64,000 bases of DNA from Candidatus Buchananbacteria bacterium (GTDB lineage: Bacteria; Patescibacteriota; Patescibacteriia; Buchananbacterales; UBA6539): assembly GCA_013359225.1 (NCBI GenBank), contig JABWCG010000003.1, positions 48,783 to 112,782 on the forward strand, read 5' to 3'. The position numbers were made by a program, and so were the translations under genes. Positions within the stretch are counted from its first letter, which is position 1. Each line of letters opens with the position of its first letter. Positions 20,852-30,679 of the stretch are shown here, one piece after another. A model generated the notes under the pieces. That model had not been told where the DNA came from and searched no databases. It saw only the letters and a list, made by a program, of their open reading frames with translations.

Positions 20852-21344
20852 ACATGCCTTTTAATATTTTGATCGCTCGATGGATTCGCACTGAAACGAC
20901 GTTTGGTGAAAGGTTTAAAATTTTCGCAATCTCTTTGACCTGGAGCCCTTGAAGATATTTTAGTTCAAGTGGTTCAGACAACTCCTCATTTTTCTCCCTT
21001 AACTTCTGCAGTACGGCGCTGACATCAATCGCGTCATCAATATGTTCAGATTTACTGTCTTTAAAAACCGAATCTCCGGACACTTCTTGGATTTCTTCAA
21101 GCGAAGCTTCCTTTTTCCGACGCACATAATCAATAACCAGGTTGCGGGCAATCCGATACAGCACCGCTTTCGGGTAGGTTATATCCTGACCTTCCGCCAC
21201 CATACCCCAAAGCCGGCAAAACGACTCCTGAGACAATTCTTTGGCCAGTTCGCGCTCATAGATGCGAAAGTAACAAAATCTAAAGATAGCATCTGCATGC
21301 TTGTCATAAAAATCAACAAATTGTTTTTCGGTTGTTAGATGCAT
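20841..21344 (-). CDS. ECF sigma factor
   Basis: Region 2 (QESF...LYRIARNLVIDYVR) and region 4 (EIAKILNLSPNVVSVRIHRA). Confidence 0.93.
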   Translation of the reverse strand: MHLTTEKQFVDFYDKHADAIFRFCYFRIYERELAKELSQESFCRLWGMVAEGQDITYPKAVLYRIARNLVIDYVRRKKEASLEEIQEVSGDSVFKDSKSEHIDDAIDVSAVLQKLREKNEELSEPLELKYLQGLQVKEIAKILNLSPNVVSVRIHRAIKILKGMYDN

Positions 21345-21364
21345 GTGCAGGGCTTACATATAGT

Positions 21365-21390
21365 GACGTAAAGCAAGACTAAATCTTTCA
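21365..21390 (-). promoter_or_regulatory. ECF-type autoregulatory promoter
   Basis: TGAAAG-N16-CGTC just upstream of the sigma gene, resembling the SigM/SigW TGAAAC-N16-CGT(A/C) architecture. Confidence 0.6.
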
Positions 21391-21477
21391 AGAAGTATAT
21401 AAAATTATCCCTGAAATAGCTAATTTAGTCAAACTAAAAAGCGCCCAAACTTTGGGCGCTTTGCCAACAATAAAAAG

Positions 21478-22011
21478 TTATTTGGAGAATTTACGAATCA
21501 ACATTAATAACAAGATGTAGCTAAAACCGGTTAGGGCCATCATCGGAATGGTTATATAGCCATAATTCATGACAAACGTTTTTGAACAACTCACTGAATA
21601 CCCAATTGCCGAACATGGCGCAAGCTCAATAACCGAAATCTGCCCTAAATATTGGTAGACTGCAATCATCGCACCAATCAACGACAGCATAATACTTTGA
21701 TCCACAACGGCTTCGTTCTTTTTCCACAACGCTAACCCAAGTGTAATAACTTGCGGATACATTACAATACGCTGATACCAACATAAGGTGCAAGGTTCAT
21801 AGCCGGCGATTTCTGAATAAAAAAGGCTGCCTAACGTTGACACCAGCGCCGTCAAAAAAGCCAACGGCAGACCCCAGCGGATGGCATAGCGAATTGCCAA
21901 ATTATCTTTCTTGGCAAAATATTTCATCGCCCAGGCAATCAAAATAACCGCAATGTCGATCTGAACCAATATCACCAAAATTGAAAGAATATTATTAGCG
22001 GTAGAAACCAT
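21478..22011 (-). CDS. Disulfide bond formation protein (DsbB/BdbC)
   Basis: PCTLCWYQR plus a second Cys pair; TM segments. Confidence 0.92.
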   Translation of the reverse strand: MVSTANNILSILVILVQIDIAVILIAWAMKYFAKKDNLAIRYAIRWGLPLAFLTALVSTLGSLFYSEIAGYEPCTLCWYQRIVMYPQVITLGLALWKKNEAVVDQSIMLSLIGAMIAVYQYLGQISVIELAPCSAIGYSVSCSKTFVMNYGYITIPMMALTGFSYILLLMLIRKFSK

Positions 22012-22098
22012 AAAATAAACTTAATAATAATGCTTATAGTATAGCGTTTAACAAAGCCAAATTCAAGACAACGCCGGCGTCATAATGGTATAATCAAA

Positions 22099-22935
22099 AT
22101 GCCACTAGGTATGAAACAAACCGTCATATCAACACTAATTACTTGCACACTAATCGTTGGTTGTACCAAACCGGCTGAGTTTTCAGTACCAGCTAATCAG
22201 AACCCGACCGAGGCCACTTCTACTTCCCAAGCCGAAATTGATTTTGAAACTATTGAAGTACGATTACCGATTCTTATTTACCATCATATTAGGGAATATC
22301 GCGACACCGATTCCGCAAACGACAAAACTTTTATTGTCAGCCCCGGCCGCTTACGCGAACAATTCCAATATCTCAAAGATAACAATTTTACCACAATCAC
22401 TTTTAAAAATCTGACTGATTATTTTAGCGGGCAGTTTAGTTTGCCGGAAAAACCCGTTATCATCAGTTTTGACGACGGCGTTATTAGCCAGTATGAAAAC
22501 GCTTTTCCTTTATTAAAAGAATTTAATTTTAATGCCACCTTTTTTATTTTTGCTAATCCGGTCGGTAAAAGTAAGAACTATATGTCCTGGGAACAATTAG
22601 CTGAACTTCGTGACCAAGGAATGGAAATTGGTTCACATGGCTGGTATCACCAGTACCTAACGCGCATCAACGCCGATGAATTAAACCGCGAACTGATTCA
22701 AAGCAAACAAACTCTTGAAACTAATTTAAAAATCAAAGTTGACGCTATTGCTTACCCCTTTGGTGATATTAATGAGGCAGTAACTGGTAAAATTAAAGAG
22801 GCTGGTTATCTGGCCGCTCGCGATATTGTTAACGGGGCTACTCACCAAAAAGCCGATTTGTTCAAACTCAAAGGCTATTTTATCACCAACGACTTCAATC
22901 GCTTTAAATCAATCGTTAATAAAGTAACTAATTAA
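22099..22935 (+). CDS. Polysaccharide deacetylase (NodB/PgaB-like), lipoprotein
   Basis: PILIYHHI, ISFDDG, GSHGWYH, AYPFG; lipobox IVGC. Confidence 0.92.
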   Translation: MPLGMKQTVISTLITCTLIVGCTKPAEFSVPANQNPTEATSTSQAEIDFETIEVRLPILIYHHIREYRDTDSANDKTFIVSPGRLREQFQYLKDNNFTTITFKNLTDYFSGQFSLPEKPVIISFDDGVISQYENAFPLLKEFNFNATFFIFANPVGKSKNYMSWEQLAELRDQGMEIGSHGWYHQYLTRINADELNRELIQSKQTLETNLKIKVDAIAYPFGDINEAVTGKIKEAGYLAARDIVNGATHQKADLFKLKGYFITNDFNRFKSIVNKVTN

Positions 22936-22939
22936 AATC

Positions 22940-23470
22940 ATGGCCGAAAAAGAAATTGCCGTTTTTGGCGGAGGTTGCTTCTGGTGCACGGAAGCTATTT
23001 TTCAAAATCTCAAAGGTGTTACCAAAGTAGTCTCGGGTTACGCTGGAGGAAAAACTCCTAACCCAACTTACGAAAAATTACATTCGGCTAACACTGGGCA
23101 CGCTGAAGTGATTGAAATTGAATTTGATCCGAACATTATTAGCTATGAAAAATTATTGGAAGTCTTCTTCGCCACGCACAATCCAACCACTCCCAACCGC
23201 CAGGGTAACGATGTGGGCGAAGAGTATCGTTCAATCATTTTAACTACCACGCCAGAACAAGAGTCAACGGCTCTTAATTACATTAAAAAAATTAAATCCG
23301 AATTTAGCGGCCCAGTCATCACGGAAATTCAAACTCTTGATCAATTTTATCCGGCCGAAACATACCATCAGAATTATTACCAAACCAACGCCAATCAGCC
23401 GTACTGCCAAGTTGTGATTAGTCCTAAACTAAAAAAAATCAAAGAAAAATATCCCGAATTAATTAAATGA
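22940..23470 (+). CDS. msrA: Peptide methionine sulfoxide reductase A
   Basis: GGCFWC, GHAEV, AETYHQNYY. Confidence 0.97.
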   Translation: MAEKEIAVFGGGCFWCTEAIFQNLKGVTKVVSGYAGGKTPNPTYEKLHSANTGHAEVIEIEFDPNIISYEKLLEVFFATHNPTTPNRQGNDVGEEYRSIILTTTPEQESTALNYIKKIKSEFSGPVITEIQTLDQFYPAETYHQNYYQTNANQPYCQVVISPKLKKIKEKYPELIK

Positions 23471-23471
23471 T

Positions 23472-23855
23472 ATGCCTAAAAAACAATTACCAACCCCGCC
23501 GAAAAAAGCCATTATCTACGAAGATGACAAGTTGTACGCCTGTTTAGCCAGCCGCCCGATCACTGTCGGACACGTTGTCGTGGTATGGAAAAAAGACGTT
23601 AATGATATCCATCTGCTTAACGATCGAGATTATAGTTATTTAATGGCGGCTGTCGATATTTTGCGTGATGCGATGTTAAAAGCGCTTAAAGTTAAAAAAA
23701 TCTACCTGATCTATATGGATGAGGTAAACCATGTTCACTGGCATTTAGTGCCCCGCTATAACGAAAAAGGTTATGACGTATTTTCACATAAACCAGCCGT
23801 CTTAAAAAATTTCTCGCTGACCGCCAAAATTAAAAAAGCAATCATCCTAAAATAA
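23472..23855 (+). CDS. HIT-family hydrolase
   Basis: HVHWHLVPR triad; PITVGH. Confidence 0.9.
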   Translation: MPKKQLPTPPKKAIIYEDDKLYACLASRPITVGHVVVVWKKDVNDIHLLNDRDYSYLMAAVDILRDAMLKALKVKKIYLIYMDEVNHVHWHLVPRYNEKGYDVFSHKPAVLKNFSLTAKIKKAIILK

Positions 23856-23915
23856 AAAGGGTTGAGTAAAACTTCACTCAACCCCCGAAGGATCGACCAT
23901 GTGGCCGACAACATT

Positions 23916-24938
23916 TTAAGGAACAAGTCGCTCCAACTCGGCTGCCAGCAAACCGACCGACCGACCAAGTTCAGTCGGAATCAAAAACATGGCTTCTTGC
24001 TTCTGGCGAAGCCCGCTGTTGCCGCTGAATACGCTAAGCAGCGCTCGTTGCAGTTCTTCGTCATTGCGGCCAGACATAACATAGCCTTGTTCAATCGGCT
24101 CCCACATCTCTTGCCCGGTGATGACTTTCAGCCGTCCCAGCGCCAAACCGCTCGCGTAGGTCACGACTGGTTTGCGCAGAAAACCAGCCTGAATGCCGAT
24201 CGTGGAAAATGAGTCTACGATAACATCAGCGGCGGGAACGATGTCAGTTCCGGCCATAGTTTCTGGTAACACCAGTTGAATCTTGCCGCCCGACCAGGCC
24301 ACCAGCGGCTCGTACAACGCCACCGGATTTCGGTCGCCGGGGTGGAAGCTGTACACGATCTGGCAGTGCCAGTTGTGACGATGCACCAAATTGAGCACCG
24401 CTGAAACAAGCGCGATGTTAATCAGTAACTCTTTGGTGCCAACCACCAAAAGGACCCTGCCGTCATTAAGACCAAGCTGAGACCGGATTTCGGTCGCCGT
24501 AAATTTCGGAAACGCGAAACGCTCCCAAACCGGATTACCAGTCACTACAACGTTGACGCCAGGCAAGTGCTGTCTGGCTTTGGCCGCTTCATCCTCGTTC
24601 AGAACAAAAAAAACATCTGCTTGTCGCAGTTGGTCCTGCAGCCAGGTCCGGCGATGGCTGTTAAAGATGTCGGCGAAAAACCCAAACTTCTTGCCGGTTG
24701 CTTTCGCCAGATCAAAAGCGGTCAACTCCGGCGCGGCCAACTCTGGGGAAGACGACATCCCGCACAGCGTGATATCGCTACCTTCGACGGCTCCCTGCAA
24801 ATCGTTCAGGCTAGCAATCTGTTTACCGTAGCCCAAAAAGGTGTGTGTCTGCCAACCAACGGAACCTAAGTATTCCGCCAGTAGGCCAAGCGCTTCGGAG
24901 CCACCCATGTCGCGGGCGACCAGTGTGATACTTTTCAA
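23916..24938 (-). CDS. GT-B-fold glycosyltransferase/epimerase-like protein
   Basis: DMGGS, VVVTGNP, FHPGD, ADVIVDSFSTIGIQAGFLRKPV; TTG start with AAGGAG SD. Confidence 0.6.
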   Translation of the reverse strand: MKSITLVARDMGGSEALGLLAEYLGSVGWQTHTFLGYGKQIASLNDLQGAVEGSDITLCGMSSSPELAAPELTAFDLAKATGKKFGFFADIFNSHRRTWLQDQLRQADVFFVLNEDEAAKARQHLPGVNVVVTGNPVWERFAFPKFTATEIRSQLGLNDGRVLLVVGTKELLINIALVSAVLNLVHRHNWHCQIVYSFHPGDRNPVALYEPLVAWSGGKIQLVLPETMAGTDIVPAADVIVDSFSTIGIQAGFLRKPVVTYASGLALGRLKVITGQEMWEPIEQGYVMSGRNDEELQRALLSVFSGNSGLRQKQEAMFLIPTELGRSVGLLAAELERLVP

Positions 24939-25093
24939 GGTTCATTTCTCCTTTGGTTCCAAGTTAGTTGTTCGTTTCCAAAATCTAAACCACAAAAGGA
25001 CTAATTAATATAACATAAATATCAAAAAAAGTCAATATAAAACAGCCCACGATCGCTCGTAGGCTGTTATTTGTCTAGTAATTTAAGGTTGGT

Positions 25094-25852
25094 TTATTTA
25101 ACCCGATAGTTCACACCAACTTCAATAATAATTTCCTGCTGGCCGTTTGGTACTTGTCCAACCGCGCCACCAGCGCCCATGCCGCCTTTACCATCGTAGT
25201 AATACGGCTGACCGGTAATTGGCCCCTGGACAACATTATCCCACCAGCCAACAACCTTGCCAAGCTTAACATCAGCAGCCGTTGCTAAGGCACCAGCGCG
25301 ATTCTTGGCATCTTGGATAGCCATCAACCGAGCCTGTTGTTTAAGCACCTCAATATCCGACGCCTCAAAGGAAATGCCATCAACCTGATTCGCGCCAGCG
25401 GCGGTTGCCTTGGCGACCAAATCAGCAACTAAATTTGGCTGATCTTTTAAGTTGCGAACTTTAACAACCAACTGTTCGCTGGCAGTGTACCCTGATAAAA
25501 CCGACACGCCATCAATATAGTCATACTGCGGATACAATGAATAATTTTGAGTCTGAATATCAGCCTCCGGAATATTCAATTCTTTAACCGCTGTTAGAAC
25601 TTTATCAATGGAATTATTAACCTGGGTCAATGCACGTTCAGCGCTGATCGCTTTTTCAACCCGGACGCCTAAGTAGACTACGGCCGTATCCGGCTGATAG
25701 CTGACTTTACCCTGACCGGTTACCGTTACTGTCCATTGTGGCCAGTTAACAATCCGATCACGCAATAACGCCAGGCTGATAACACCTGTTAGTAAGATCA
25801 TCCCAACCAATAATAGCGCAAGTTTTTGTTTTGAATTATATTCGTTTGCCAT
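25094..25852 (-). CDS. SIMPL/DUF541 family protein
   Basis: VTGQGKVSYQPD, IQTQNYSLYPQY, AGANQV, AIQDAKNRA. Confidence 0.92.
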   Translation of the reverse strand: MANEYNSKQKLALLLVGMILLTGVISLALLRDRIVNWPQWTVTVTGQGKVSYQPDTAVVYLGVRVEKAISAERALTQVNNSIDKVLTAVKELNIPEADIQTQNYSLYPQYDYIDGVSVLSGYTASEQLVVKVRNLKDQPNLVADLVAKATAAGANQVDGISFEASDIEVLKQQARLMAIQDAKNRAGALATAADVKLGKVVGWWDNVVQGPITGQPYYYDGKGGMGAGGAVGQVPNGQQEIIIEVGVNYRVK

Positions 25853-26022
25853 ATATAAAAAGTTATATTATTATTTCGACCTTTTGGTCTATATGTATTA
25901 TAACGAAAAATCAGAAAAAAGGTTACAGGCCACCGACCCACAACTTATCCTCAACCACTCTTTTTTACTCATGGCCAGTTGTGATACAATATAACAAGCA
26001 CGTGAAAGGGGGTGAAATAGCA

Positions 26023-26283
26023 ATGAAAGTAGTACACATAGTCACTTTCCTTCTTCTGGTTATTGGAGGCTTAAATTGGCTGCTAGTCGGCTTAATCGGC
26101 TGGGATGTCGGGATGTTATTTGGTGGCCAAAGCGCTTTAATCTCCAGAATTATTTATATTCTAGTCGGTTTATCAGCCGTTGTTGAGATTGCCACTCATA
26201 AAAAAAATTGCAAAGTTTGCAACGAAAAAAAGGCAATGCCCGCTGACACTTCTGAAACTGTCCCTCCCATATCAAACGCCTAG
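26023..26283 (+). CDS. DUF378 family small membrane protein
   Basis: LLVIGGLNWLLVG...RIIYILVGLSA; ATG at 26023 with a GGGGGTGA SD. Confidence 0.88.
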   Translation: MKVVHIVTFLLLVIGGLNWLLVGLIGWDVGMLFGGQSALISRIIYILVGLSAVVEIATHKKNCKVCNEKKAMPADTSETVPPISNA

Positions 26284-26373
26284 GCAAATTTACATTGCGT
26301 TTCAAGAAACCGCCCGGTAGGGGGTGGTTTTTTGTTTGACACTTTAAGACAAAAAGGGGATGATACACATAGT

Positions 26374-26847
26374 ATGAAAAAATTCGGGAAAATCATTTTA
26401 GCCATTCTCATTTGCCAGACTGCTGGCATTATTGGGTCATTTTTCACCACCCCAGCAATCCCTGGCTGGTATGCTAGTTTGCAAAAACCATTTTTCAATC
26501 CTCCGGGTTTTGTGTTCGGCCCAGTTTGGTTAACACTGTATACTATGATGGGAATTAGTCTGTATCTTGTCTGGGAACACCGCCAAAAACATCCACTAGC
26601 ACCAAACGCGATTATATTATTTTTAGTCCATCTGATTTTTAATGCCGCCTGGTCAGTTGTCTTCTTTGGCGCTCAACAAATCTTGCTGGCGCTTTTTATT
26701 ATTGTGCTTTTGGTCTGCATGATTAGTATCCTCACCTGGCAGTTTTGGCAAATCAAAAAACCAGCCGGCTATTTATTGATGCCATATCTAACTTGGGTGC
26801 TGTTTGCAACCATACTTAACTTTTCACTTTGGCTATTAAACAAGTAA
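26374..26847 (+). CDS. tspO: TspO/MBR family protein
   Basis: WYASLQKPFFNPP..VFGPVW, NAAWSVVFF, PYLTW. Confidence 0.93.
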   Translation: MKKFGKIILAILICQTAGIIGSFFTTPAIPGWYASLQKPFFNPPGFVFGPVWLTLYTMMGISLYLVWEHRQKHPLAPNAIILFLVHLIFNAAWSVVFFGAQQILLALFIIVLLVCMISILTWQFWQIKKPAGYLLMPYLTWVLFATILNFSLWLLNK

Positions 26848-26850
26848 CTT

Positions 26851-28029
26851 ATGAAAAAAGGAGTTTTAATCTCACTCTTTATCATTATTTTTTTAGTTAC
26901 CGCGTTTTTGTTTCGCACCAAAATCACACGACTATTTTTTAGTCCTAGCGCCCCACAGGGGGAGCTAGGGATAAACGTTTTTAACCTAGCCGCTAACCGC
27001 ACACCAGACACCAATCAAACACCAAACGCCAAACCAGGCGCTGACCAAGCAGTTACCGATATTGAAATTATCGCCAAAAATCTTTTGATCCCCTGGGAAA
27101 TTGGATTTCTGCCAACCGGCGAAATGCTTGTCACCGAACGAGCCGGCAACTTATTAAAAATCGGCGCCAATAAAACAGTTATTAAAATCCAGGGAGTTGA
27201 ACACGTTGGTGAAGGTGGCTTGCAAGGGATGGCACTACACCCCGATTTTAAAAATAATAATTTTATTTATTTGTACCTCACCACCCGCACTAAAGACGGC
27301 CTAATCAACCGGGTAGAACGATACCGGCTAACCGGCGACACCCTGACTGATAAAAAAATAATCATAGATAATATTCCAGGCGCCCAATACCATGACGGCG
27401 GCCGAATTGAATTCGGACCAGACAGCAAACTATATGTCACTACCGGCGACGCTACCAAATCTGACAAAGCCCAGGACCCGAATTTTTTAGGCGGTAAAAT
27501 CTTACGTCTGAATGACGATGGTTCTATTCCGTCCGATAACCCAAATCCGACATCGCTGATTTATTCTCTGGGCCATCGCAATCCGCAAGGATTAGCTTGG
27601 GATGAATCAGGACAACTCTGGGCCACTGAACATGGCCGCAGCGGCGCACTGTCGGGCTTAGACGAATTAAATATTATTGAACCAAATCAAAATTACGGCT
27701 GGCCCACCATTCAAGGTGATCAAACCAAACCAGGACTAACCACGCCGGTGGTTCACTCCGGCTCCGACGTCACCTGGGCTCCCGGCGACGCAATTTACCT
27801 TAACGGTTCAATCTTTTTTACCGGTTTGCGCGGAGAAGCAATCTACCAATACCAAATTGAAACAAAAAAATTCTTCACTCATTTCTATCGCGACTTTGGC
27901 CGGCTGCGCGCCATTGTCATCGGACCAGATGGCTTCATTTATGTTTCCACTTCTAACACTGACGGCCGCGGAGAAAGCAAAACTGAAGACGATAAAATCA
28001 TCGCAATCAACCCTGAAATTTTTAACTAA
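26851..28029 (+). CDS. PQQ-dependent sugar dehydrogenase family (GSDH/YliI-like)
   Basis: GEGGL, HDGGRIEFGPD, GKILR, GHRNPQG, EHG, DELN, NYGWP, GRLR. Confidence 0.93.
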   Translation: MKKGVLISLFIIIFLVTAFLFRTKITRLFFSPSAPQGELGINVFNLAANRTPDTNQTPNAKPGADQAVTDIEIIAKNLLIPWEIGFLPTGEMLVTERAGNLLKIGANKTVIKIQGVEHVGEGGLQGMALHPDFKNNNFIYLYLTTRTKDGLINRVERYRLTGDTLTDKKIIIDNIPGAQYHDGGRIEFGPDSKLYVTTGDATKSDKAQDPNFLGGKILRLNDDGSIPSDNPNPTSLIYSLGHRNPQGLAWDESGQLWATEHGRSGALSGLDELNIIEPNQNYGWPTIQGDQTKPGLTTPVVHSGSDVTWAPGDAIYLNGSIFFTGLRGEAIYQYQIETKKFFTHFYRDFGRLRAIVIGPDGFIYVSTSNTDGRGESKTEDDKIIAINPEIFN

Positions 28030-28731
28030 ATGACTACCGTCAAAAAAATAATGATTAGCTGGCTAATGGTTAGCCTAATTTTTGTTGTTGTTTATAACAT
28101 GTTCATCAGTTTTGAATACACTATGATTTATTTTATAGTAGTGATCGGAATTTTTGGCCCGCTCCTTTATATCTTTAAATCATTATTGACAGACAGGCTG
28201 CAAAACTGGCCCGCTGCGGCCGTCATTAAATTTTTAACATTGGGTTATGGCGCAGTTTTAACTGAAGAAATTTTTGCCGCCCTAGTCAATCACTTATCGG
28301 AAGGCTTTAATACCGTCTTATACCTTCAACGCATCTTACAATTTTGGGCTTTTAATATTTTTGCTTTCAGTGGCCTGATTATGGGCTGGTATGTTTTAAC
28401 TAAAAAAATCCAATATTCTAAAACTGAAATATTTTTTCTCACCGGAGTATTTGGCCTTTGGACCGAACGAATCTTTCCTGTGGCACTAACTAATCCGATT
28501 GCCTTTTTCTTCTGGACACCTTTGGTAATTTTCGTGTACGGCATTATTATCACGCCGGCCATGCTCAGTATAAACACCAAGGGAGAAATCATAAGCTTCC
28601 ATCCGATTTTAAAATACGCTTTAACCTATGCCATCATTATACTTTTTTCGTTACCCCCAGTGATAGTCCTGTGGCTCCTGCGCCTATATTACCCTTGGTT
28701 ATTCCCACCAGCTGAGTTTATCCCACTTTAA
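28030..28731 (+). CDS. Multi-pass membrane protein, unknown function
   Basis: Six to seven hydrophobic segments; directly follows the previous gene. Confidence 0.75.
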   Translation: MTTVKKIMISWLMVSLIFVVVYNMFISFEYTMIYFIVVIGIFGPLLYIFKSLLTDRLQNWPAAAVIKFLTLGYGAVLTEEIFAALVNHLSEGFNTVLYLQRILQFWAFNIFAFSGLIMGWYVLTKKIQYSKTEIFFLTGVFGLWTERIFPVALTNPIAFFFWTPLVIFVYGIIITPAMLSINTKGEIISFHPILKYALTYAIIILFSLPPVIVLWLLRLYYPWLFPPAEFIPL

Positions 28732-28740
28732 CAACAATCA

Positions 28741-28767
28741 TGAAATAAATCGCCATTAAAAAGCGTA
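28741..28767 (+). promoter_or_regulatory. ECF-type promoter (autoregulatory)
   Basis: TGAAATAAA...GCGTA; the same motif recurs at 30078-30103. Confidence 0.65.
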
Positions 28768-28776
28768 CTAATCTAT

Positions 28777-29352
28777 ATGGCTGAACTACCAGATTTTGCG
28801 AATAAAACCGACCAGGAGCTGGTCAATTTGACCCTTGAAAATCAGGATCATTTTTTACATATTGTTAATCGCTATCAGCAAAAATTACTCTCGTTTATTC
28901 TACGAATTTCGAATGTCGCGCCCGACGAAGCTCATGACCTCCTCCAAGAGGTCTTTATTAAAGTGTATAAAAATCTCAACGGTTATGACCCAAGCCTAAA
29001 ATTTTCTTCCTGGATTTATCGTATTACCAGAAATCATGTTATCAGTAATTACCGAAAAATCAAAAATAAACCCCAGGTACTAAGCTGGGAAGTTGATGAG
29101 GAAAGCCTCAGCAGTCTTACGGCCGAAATTAATATTGAGAAATCAACTGACCAGGCATTGCTACGAGAACAGTTGGCCGAATCACTGGAAAAACTCAAGC
29201 CAAAATACCGTGAAGTTCTCATCTTGCGGTATTTTGAAGAAAAAAGTTATGATGAAATTTCTGACATCATTAAAAAACCGCGCGGCACGGTCGGCACCCT
29301 GATTAATCGGGCGAAAACCCAACTACAAGCAATCTATCAACCAAAAATATGA
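28777..29352 (+). CDS. ECF sigma factor (SigW-like)
   Basis: DLLQEVFIKVY, FSSWIYRI, SYDEISDII..PRGTVGTLINRA. Confidence 0.94.
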   Translation: MAELPDFANKTDQELVNLTLENQDHFLHIVNRYQQKLLSFILRISNVAPDEAHDLLQEVFIKVYKNLNGYDPSLKFSSWIYRITRNHVISNYRKIKNKPQVLSWEVDEESLSSLTAEINIEKSTDQALLREQLAESLEKLKPKYREVLILRYFEEKSYDEISDIIKKPRGTVGTLINRAKTQLQAIYQPKI

Positions 29353-30074
29353 ACCAAGATTTAGGAAAAAATATTTTAGAAAAAATTAAAGAAAGCCACA
29401 TTAAACCGACTCCGCGGTGGGAATTTTTACTCAAAGATTATGTGATGTGGATCATTTTTATCATTGCTATTTTAGTTGGTAGCTTAGCCACTTCAGTTAC
29501 CATCTTCATGCTCCGCCACGAGAATTGGGATTACTATCAAGCTCAGCCAAGCGCCATAACCACCATTCTAATTAATCTGCCATACTTTTGGTTACTTATC
29601 CTGTTAGCATTTCTCGGACTGGCCTGGTACAACATCAAACACACTAATAAAGGCTACCGATATAATACGCTGGCAGTGCTTGGCATTAGCGTTATTGCCA
29701 GTATTCTGATTGGTAGCGTGTCATACAGCGTTGGTCTTGGTGAAGACTTAGAAGACATTTTCTATAAACGATTTCCTTTTTACCACCACTTTATGGAAAA
29801 TCGCGCCAGACAGCTGTTTAGTCCCGCCGGTCCAATTTTGGGCGGTGTAGTGGTTAATGTTAATAGTAGTCAAGTTGAAATTCAGGACTTCAATGGCCGG
29901 TTATGGATTATCAGCACTTCAACTACCCAATTTGACATTGGTGACCGAATTATCCTGGTCGGAAAAAAATTCGAAGGCGACACGTTTGAAATTGAAATTT
30001 TAAAACCTTGGTTCAAACAACATAATCGTTTAATTGAATTTCATCTGCAAGCACCGCCGCCAAGGACGCGGTAG
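29349..30074 (+). CDS. Membrane protein, probable anti-sigma factor
   Basis: 4-nt overlap with the sigma gene; three TM segments plus a C-terminal beta-rich domain. Confidence 0.7.
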   Translation: MNQDLGKNILEKIKESHIKPTPRWEFLLKDYVMWIIFIIAILVGSLATSVTIFMLRHENWDYYQAQPSAITTILINLPYFWLLILLAFLGLAWYNIKHTNKGYRYNTLAVLGISVIASILIGSVSYSVGLGEDLEDIFYKRFPFYHHFMENRARQLFSPAGPILGGVVVNVNSSQVEIQDFNGRLWIISTSTTQFDIGDRIILVGKKFEGDTFEIEILKPWFKQHNRLIEFHLQAPPPRTR

Positions 30075-30077
30075 TGA

Positions 30078-30103
30078 TGAAATAAAATTTAATACTGGGC
30101 GTA
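30078..30103 (+). promoter_or_regulatory. ECF-type promoter
   Basis: TGAAAT-N16-CGTA upstream of the 30199 gene. Confidence 0.65.
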
Positions 30104-30198
30104 TTACCTGATGTGCGAGGCAATTTGGCCAGCCGAGAACAGCATCGATGCGCGGTCACGTCAAATTCCAATGATCTAATTCATAACCTCAATCATCT

Positions 30199-30624
30199 AT
30201 GCCCAAAACCCACTACCTTATAGCGGCCATGCTCGGTTTGATTATTACTACAGCCGTTGTAGGTATTACAACTTTCGCCCAGACTACCACAACTACTGAT
30301 TCACGGCCAAACTTCATTGAACACCGTCAGGAATTCAAACAAATGATTATTGACGGCGACTATGAAACCTGGTCGGAAATGATGAAGGAACGAGTTACTG
30401 AGCTTAGAACCCAAGCCGACAAACTGGAAAGTAGCATCAATCAAGAAACTTTCAACAAATTAACTGAAGCCCACCAGTTAATGCAGGAAGAAAAGTTTGA
30501 TGAAGCTAAAGCAATCTTTGACGAACTCGGCATGCCTGGACCATTTGGCCCACACGGCATGAGGGGGATGAAAGGAATGCATAATAACCAGCGGCCGAGC
30601 TTACCGACTGAAGCTCAAAACTAA
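30199..30624 (+). CDS. Secreted helical protein with Gly/Met/His-rich tail
   Basis: Signal peptide (TFA-Q), helical core, GPFGPHGMRGMKGMH. Confidence 0.75.
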   Translation: MPKTHYLIAAMLGLIITTAVVGITTFAQTTTTTDSRPNFIEHRQEFKQMIIDGDYETWSEMMKERVTELRTQADKLESSINQETFNKLTEAHQLMQEEKFDEAKAIFDELGMPGPFGPHGMRGMKGMHNNQRPSLPTEAQN

Positions 30625-30679
30625 GAATTAAATTACAAAAAATCGCCTAAAAGGCGATTTTTTGTTATACTGGCAGTAT

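Noticed and set aside
25831-26022. N-terminal extensions given in the ORF track for DUF378 (and likewise csoR, Fur, TspO, HU and the 3D protein)
   Set aside because: Family motifs and SD or -10 positions support the downstream ATGs.
30104-30198. GC-richer leader considered as a known riboswitch
   Set aside because: No recognisable c-di-GMP, TPP, FMN or fluoride consensus; kept only as a note in the ECF finding.
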